This document shows, piece by piece, positions 28,458-32,748 of a DNA stretch of 32,748 nucleotides. How positions within the stretch are numbered: position 1 is the stretch's first letter; each line of letters begins with the position of its first letter. A program made the position numbers and the translations under genes. A model generated the notes under the pieces. That model was not told the origin of the DNA. It saw only the letters and a list, made by a program, of their open reading frames with translations, and made no database searches. Where the stretch lies: sequence record DRR378314_403; one strand, written 5' to 3'.

Positions 28458-29138
28458 TTAAAATTCGGTATCCAAGTTGATGTAGTCCAAAAACTCTCTT
28501 CGTGTGGCTTCTTCTTTAAACTTTCCGCCATATTCTGCTGTTACGGTACTACTATCAATATCGCGTATTCCTCTGGAATTTACACAAAGGTGTTTGGCAT
28601 CGATAACACAGGCAACATCTTCTGTGCCCAATACTTTTTGAAGCTCTTTTACAATCTGGATGTTCATGCGTTCCTGAACCTGAGGTCGCTTGGCGAAATA
28701 ATCCACAACGCGGTTCATTTTGGAAAGGCCAACCACAGTTCCGTTGGAAATGTAGGCGATGTGCGCCCGTCCTACAATAGGTAGCAAGTGGTGCTCGCAG
28801 GTAGAGTAAACCACAATGTTTTTTTCCACCAACATTTCGCCGTACTTGTACTTATTGTCAAAAGTGGACGATTTTGGTTTTCTATCAGGATGCAATCCGC
28901 CAAAAATTTCCTGTACATACATTTTGGCTACTCGTTTTGGGGTACCCTTTAAACTGTCGTCATCCAAATCGAGGCCGAGGGTAAGCATAATTTCCCTGAC
29001 GCTTTTCTGTATTCTTTCGATTTTTTCTTCGTCGCTCAACACAAAAGCATCCTCTCTTAATGGTGTGTCCGATGAGGAACCTACGTGGTCGTTTCCTCTT
29101 TCTTCATATTGTTCTTCCAATGCCTGCTCTAGTTTCAT
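28458..29138 (-). CDS. folE: GTP cyclohydrolase I
   Basis: TPKRVA, STCEHHLLP, GLSK, RPQVQER, HLCVNSRG. Confidence 0.96.
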   Translation of the reverse strand: MKLEQALEEQYEERGNDHVGSSSDTPLREDAFVLSDEEKIERIQKSVREIMLTLGLDLDDDSLKGTPKRVAKMYVQEIFGGLHPDRKPKSSTFDNKYKYGEMLVEKNIVVYSTCEHHLLPIVGRAHIAYISNGTVVGLSKMNRVVDYFAKRPQVQERMNIQIVKELQKVLGTEDVACVIDAKHLCVNSRGIRDIDSSTVTAEYGGKFKEEATRREFLDYINLDTEF

Positions 29139-29157
29139 AGCTATTGCTTAAAGTGAG

Positions 29158-29165
29158 CAAAGATA
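29158..29165 (-). promoter_or_regulatory. -7 promoter element for the folE-cysS operon
   Basis: CAAAGATA on + reads TATCTTTG on -, 19 nt upstream of ATG 29138. Confidence 0.6.
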
Positions 29166-29271
29166 TACATTAATGACCGATTTAACATCTGGTATCAAGG
29201 GTTTGACAACATAAATTATTGTTAAGGCAGATAGCACGGTACTTTTATAATGCCCAAACCTACAGTCTTTT

Positions 29272-31074
29272 ATGTTTAGAGCTTTCGCAACGACCTTATT
29301 ATTACTTTTATTTTGGCAGACTGCGCAAACGCAGGTTGCTCAAGATTGTGCGGATGCAATTCCCATATGCAGTAATACACCCATCAATGGCGGAACCAAT
29401 GGTTTGGGTACTGATGATTTTAATGGTGCGGCTTCCAGCGGGTGTTTGGAACAGACTACTACGGGTGCCATTGAATCCAATTCGGCGTGGTATAGATTCA
29501 CGACCGCAGAGGCAGGTCAGTTGGGCTTTAATATTGGTCACAACAGTAACGAAGATTGGGATTTTGCGCTTTACCGTTCGAGTGATTGTAGCAATTTAGG
29601 GGAACCTGTTCGCTGTAATTTTTTTGATAATAGCGAAAACACCAGTTTTATCGGAGTAGGGGAAGACCCTACTGGCAATGAGGATTCGGTGCACTACGAG
29701 GATTGGCTTCAAGTGGAAGCAGGCGAGGACTACTACCTTTTTATCAATAATTTCAGCAACTTAAATTCAGGGTTTTCCATTCAGTTTACGGGAAATATTT
29801 GGGTAGACTATCCGAATAATGCTTTGGATTGTTCCATAGTAAGCAACTTGTTGGGGCCACCAATAGCTGCCTGTGAGGGAGACAATGTGGTTTTGGATGC
29901 TACTACTTCAGGAGCAATCAGTTACGAGTGGTACCGCGATACAGGAAGTGGTTATCAATTGATTGCGGGCGCCAATGGGGCAACACAAAACGTTCAAAAT
30001 TCTGGGCAATACCGTGTCGTGGTAGCTACATCCGCAGAACGTATTGTTAGCGATGTGCAAGTTGGTTTTAATGAGGTGCCGATTACAGGAACAGTTTCGG
30101 ATGAAACTTTTTGTTATGAGGTTGATATGACCTTTGATTTGAACGGTAAGAATGCCGAAGCATTAGGAGGTATGGACCCAGATGATTTTGTGGTCAGTTA
30201 CCATAGTTCACAAACCGATGCAGATGCAGGGGTTCATCCTTTGGAAAAACAATACTTGTTGACTGGCGCTTCCGAAACGTTTTACGTCCGAACCACCTCT
30301 TTGGCAAATCCCGAATGTTATGATGCCTCCCAAAGCTTTGCTTTGAATGTCATTGAAACCCCAGTGTTGCGTTTTGATGAACAAGCGGTGCTATGTGAGG
30401 CTGTGGGAAGTTTGGAAATTGGCGAAACCCAACCCGATACAAGCTATACCTATCAATGGAGTACGGGGGAACAAACACCGTCCATTATGGTTTCCGAAGC
30501 AGGAGAATATACTTTGACGGTAACCAATCAATCCAACGGAATGGTTTGCGAAGCCAGCAGAACGGTATCTGTGGAAGTTTCCACAATGCCGATGATCTCA
30601 AGTATCGATATCAAAGATATGAGTGCCAACAATACGGTAACCATCAATATGGAAAACAATGGTGTGTATGAATATAGTTTGGATGGCGGCGATTATCAAA
30701 ACAGCAATGTTTTTAGCAGTGTTCCTCCGGGAGTGCATACAGTGAGCATGCGAGATCCCTATGGTTGTGGTGTGGTCGAGGAAGATATTGTGGTGGTAGG
30801 ATATCGGGCCATATTTTCACCCAATGGTGATGTACTGAACGAAACTTGGCAAATTGAAGGTCTTTCCACCCTAGACTCACCGATTGTTACGATTTACGAT
30901 CGCTACGGAAAACTTATCAAACAAATGACCGAGTTTGATTCTGGATGGGACGGAAGTTTTCAGGGAAAACCTTTGCCATCCACTGATTACTGGTTCAAGT
31001 TATCCTATGTTGATAATGATGGCAACCGAACCTTTGCCAAATATTTACAGAGTCATTTTTCATTAAGGCGGTAA
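29272..31074 (+). CDS. T9SS type-B sorting (gliding-motility-associated CTD) secreted protein, 600 aa
   Basis: Signal peptide, Cys-rich N-domain, Ig-like and SprB-like segments (YQWSTGEQTPSI, YEYSLDG), and CTD FSPNGDVLNETW...IYDRYGKL...WDG...PSTDYW...HFSLRR. Confidence 0.92.
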   Translation: MFRAFATTLLLLLFWQTAQTQVAQDCADAIPICSNTPINGGTNGLGTDDFNGAASSGCLEQTTTGAIESNSAWYRFTTAEAGQLGFNIGHNSNEDWDFALYRSSDCSNLGEPVRCNFFDNSENTSFIGVGEDPTGNEDSVHYEDWLQVEAGEDYYLFINNFSNLNSGFSIQFTGNIWVDYPNNALDCSIVSNLLGPPIAACEGDNVVLDATTSGAISYEWYRDTGSGYQLIAGANGATQNVQNSGQYRVVVATSAERIVSDVQVGFNEVPITGTVSDETFCYEVDMTFDLNGKNAEALGGMDPDDFVVSYHSSQTDADAGVHPLEKQYLLTGASETFYVRTTSLANPECYDASQSFALNVIETPVLRFDEQAVLCEAVGSLEIGETQPDTSYTYQWSTGEQTPSIMVSEAGEYTLTVTNQSNGMVCEASRTVSVEVSTMPMISSIDIKDMSANNTVTINMENNGVYEYSLDGGDYQNSNVFSSVPPGVHTVSMRDPYGCGVVEEDIVVVGYRAIFSPNGDVLNETWQIEGLSTLDSPIVTIYDRYGKLIKQMTEFDSGWDGSFQGKPLPSTDYWFKLSYVDNDGNRTFAKYLQSHFSLRR

Positions 31075-31187
31075 GCAGTTGTCCGTTGGTCGATTATGTG
31101 CAAATTTCTTCGATGAACACATACTAAAACCTGGAATTCGAGAGTTATAATGGTTATAAGTAGCATAACCAATAGCCCCAAAATTCT

Positions 31188-32630
31188 ATGAGAGCTCTAT
31201 TTAGCGCTATCTGTTGCTTTTTTCTATTCCAAGTAGTTAGCGCACAAAACTCCCCAGATTGTAGAACAGCAATTCCTGTTTGTGCCGATGCGCCCATTTT
31301 GGGAACCACTGATGGTAGTGGTGATATTGACGATTTTGATCCAGAGGTAATCACCCAAACAGGTTGTTTGGAAAAGGGAAGTGTGAGCTCGGCCAATATT
31401 GAGAACAATACAGAGTGGTATGTGTTTCGAGCAGGTACGGATGGTCAAATTGGTTTTGATATTGAAGCATTGCCCGTAAATGCTGGAGGCCCTGTTACCG
31501 CAGAGTGGGATTTTGCGCTGTACGGCCCTTTTGATGAAACTTCCAACGAAAATTTTTGTACGATAATTGGGGATGGAAGTGCTCAGCCCATTCGATGTAA
31601 TTACGAGTATAATGAAACCAACTACACAGGTATAGGTGTCAATCCCATTGATGGTCGAGAGGGAGCCCCTTTTGTAAAAGGAAGTCAGAACACTTATGAT
31701 GAATGGTTGAATGTAAGACAGGGAGAAATCTACTATCTCTACATTAATAACTACAATACCAACTTTGATGATGAACCTGAGTCCTTTATGTTGACTTTTA
31801 CAGGCTCTTCTGTAGATGAAGATCAAGATAATGCCTTGGATTGTACCCTCCGTGATGAGTTTTTAGGGTTTGATATTGTTGCTTGCGAGGGGGACCCGGA
31901 TATTGTGCTTAGTGCATTGAATTCACCTGTAGGACCAAGTATTGCAAATATTACATGGGAGTTGGACGCGGATGACGATGGTACTTACGAAACGGTTTTG
32001 GCCACTGGGGCTGGGCAAACCGAGTTAACGGTATCAAGTCCAAATTCAGGGCGTTATCGTGTCACCATCGAATCAACATTTGGGACTACTATATCAGATA
32101 ATATATTGATTACGTTTTACGGAGTGCCGGAATTGGATGAAGTTCGGGTTATTGATGATTTTGTGAACAGCGACCAAACCGACCCGTACAATGTTGAGAT
32201 AGTTCCATTGGGTGATGGCAACTACGAATACGCTATAAATGGGGGTGAATTTCAGGACGATCCTGTTTTTCGAGATGTTCCTCCTGGAATAAATACGGTA
32301 GTGATCAATGATAAAAATGGTTGTGGTACCACAGAACCTATTGAATTCTTGGTAGTAGGTTATCCCAAGTTCTTTACTCCGAACAACGATGGTGTCCACG
32401 ATAATTGGATGGTTTATGGTGTTGAGGAACTTGTGAACCCAATGGTCTATATTTTTGATCGCTTTGGTAAACTATTAAAGCAAATCGATGTGAATGTTGG
32501 ATGGGATGGTACTTTCAACGGGCGGAACATGCCGTCTTCCGATTATTGGTTCCGATTGGAATATGAACGTGACAATGAGGGGGTGATGGTCGCCAAGTCG
32601 GTTCGAAGACACTTTTCACTTGTTCGCTAA
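31188..32630 (+). CDS. T9SS type-B sorting secreted protein, paralogue of the upstream gene, 480 aa
   Basis: Signal peptide, the same Cys-rich N-domain, and CTD FTPNNDGVHDNW...IFDRFGKL...WDG...PSSDYW...HFSLVR. Confidence 0.92.
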   Translation: MRALFSAICCFFLFQVVSAQNSPDCRTAIPVCADAPILGTTDGSGDIDDFDPEVITQTGCLEKGSVSSANIENNTEWYVFRAGTDGQIGFDIEALPVNAGGPVTAEWDFALYGPFDETSNENFCTIIGDGSAQPIRCNYEYNETNYTGIGVNPIDGREGAPFVKGSQNTYDEWLNVRQGEIYYLYINNYNTNFDDEPESFMLTFTGSSVDEDQDNALDCTLRDEFLGFDIVACEGDPDIVLSALNSPVGPSIANITWELDADDDGTYETVLATGAGQTELTVSSPNSGRYRVTIESTFGTTISDNILITFYGVPELDEVRVIDDFVNSDQTDPYNVEIVPLGDGNYEYAINGGEFQDDPVFRDVPPGINTVVINDKNGCGTTEPIEFLVVGYPKFFTPNNDGVHDNWMVYGVEELVNPMVYIFDRFGKLLKQIDVNVGWDGTFNGRNMPSSDYWFRLEYERDNEGVMVAKSVRRHFSLVR

Positions 32631-32659
32631 AAAAAAGGCTAGAATTTCTTCCAGCCTTT
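32629..32659. terminator. Terminator hairpin, stronger on the minus strand (implies a convergent gene beyond the window)
   Basis: Minus strand reads AAAGGCTGGAA-GAAA-TTCTAGCCTTTTTTTT; the A-C mismatch on + is a G-U pair on -. Confidence 0.7.
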
Positions 32660-32680
32660 GTGCTATTTCTTTATTGAATA

Positions 32681-32748
32681 CGTCATTCTTAGTTCATTTT
32701 CAGAATCTCATCACGTTTATTATGAGAACCTGAAACAAGTTCAGGTTG
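32681..32748. repeat. Inverted dimer of CGTCA-tipped REP-like palindromes, cut by the window end
   Basis: Left unit CGTCATTCTTAGTTCATTTTCAGAATCTC (32681-32709). Right unit GAGAACCTGAAACAAGTTCAGGTTG has a perfect 8-bp stem, AACCTGAA/TTCAGGTT. Confidence 0.7.

Noticed and set aside
31224..31826. 200-aa antisense ORF in the second T9SS gene, and similar shadows in typA, secDF, treT and cysS
   Set aside because: No independent evidence of coding; explained by the sense-strand gene.
1..32748. Prophage, IS element, integron, CRISPR-Cas or anti-phage defence genes
   Set aside because: No ORF shows integrase, transposase, Cas, nuclease or phage structural motifs, and the intergenic gaps (all under about 260 nt) are too small to hide them.

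Overview
Core-genome-like segment of a Bacteroidota chromosome, inferred to be Flavobacteriaceae from its type IX secretion substrates, TAnnTTTG promoters, A-rich start regions and fused SecDF. It holds 24 credible CDSs: 5'-truncated typA, ppgK, an FtsE-like ATPase divergent from a 1007-aa TPR protein and a 584-aa beta-barrel, an OmpA-domain protein, a YtcJ-type amidohydrolase, DUF2911, asnB, gyrB, two uncharacterised envelope proteins, mdh, secDF, a TreT-like glycosyltransferase, a ModF-like ATPase, a folE-cysS-yidD-lgt-DUF192-GNAT run, and two tandem T9SS type-B substrates. I saw no rRNA, tRNA, CRISPR array, transposase or phage gene. The best candidate for an undescribed system is the orphan FtsE-like ATPase / giant TPR / short-plug TonB-box barrel locus, which is a hypothesis only. 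Other points: (C/T)GTCA-tipped REP-like repeats in four intergenic regions, DnaA-box-like motifs before gyrB, 22-bp-periodic LytTR-like repeats, and a 3'-UTR segment complementary to a typical start-codon region. All family calls come from recognising motifs by eye; no searches were run.
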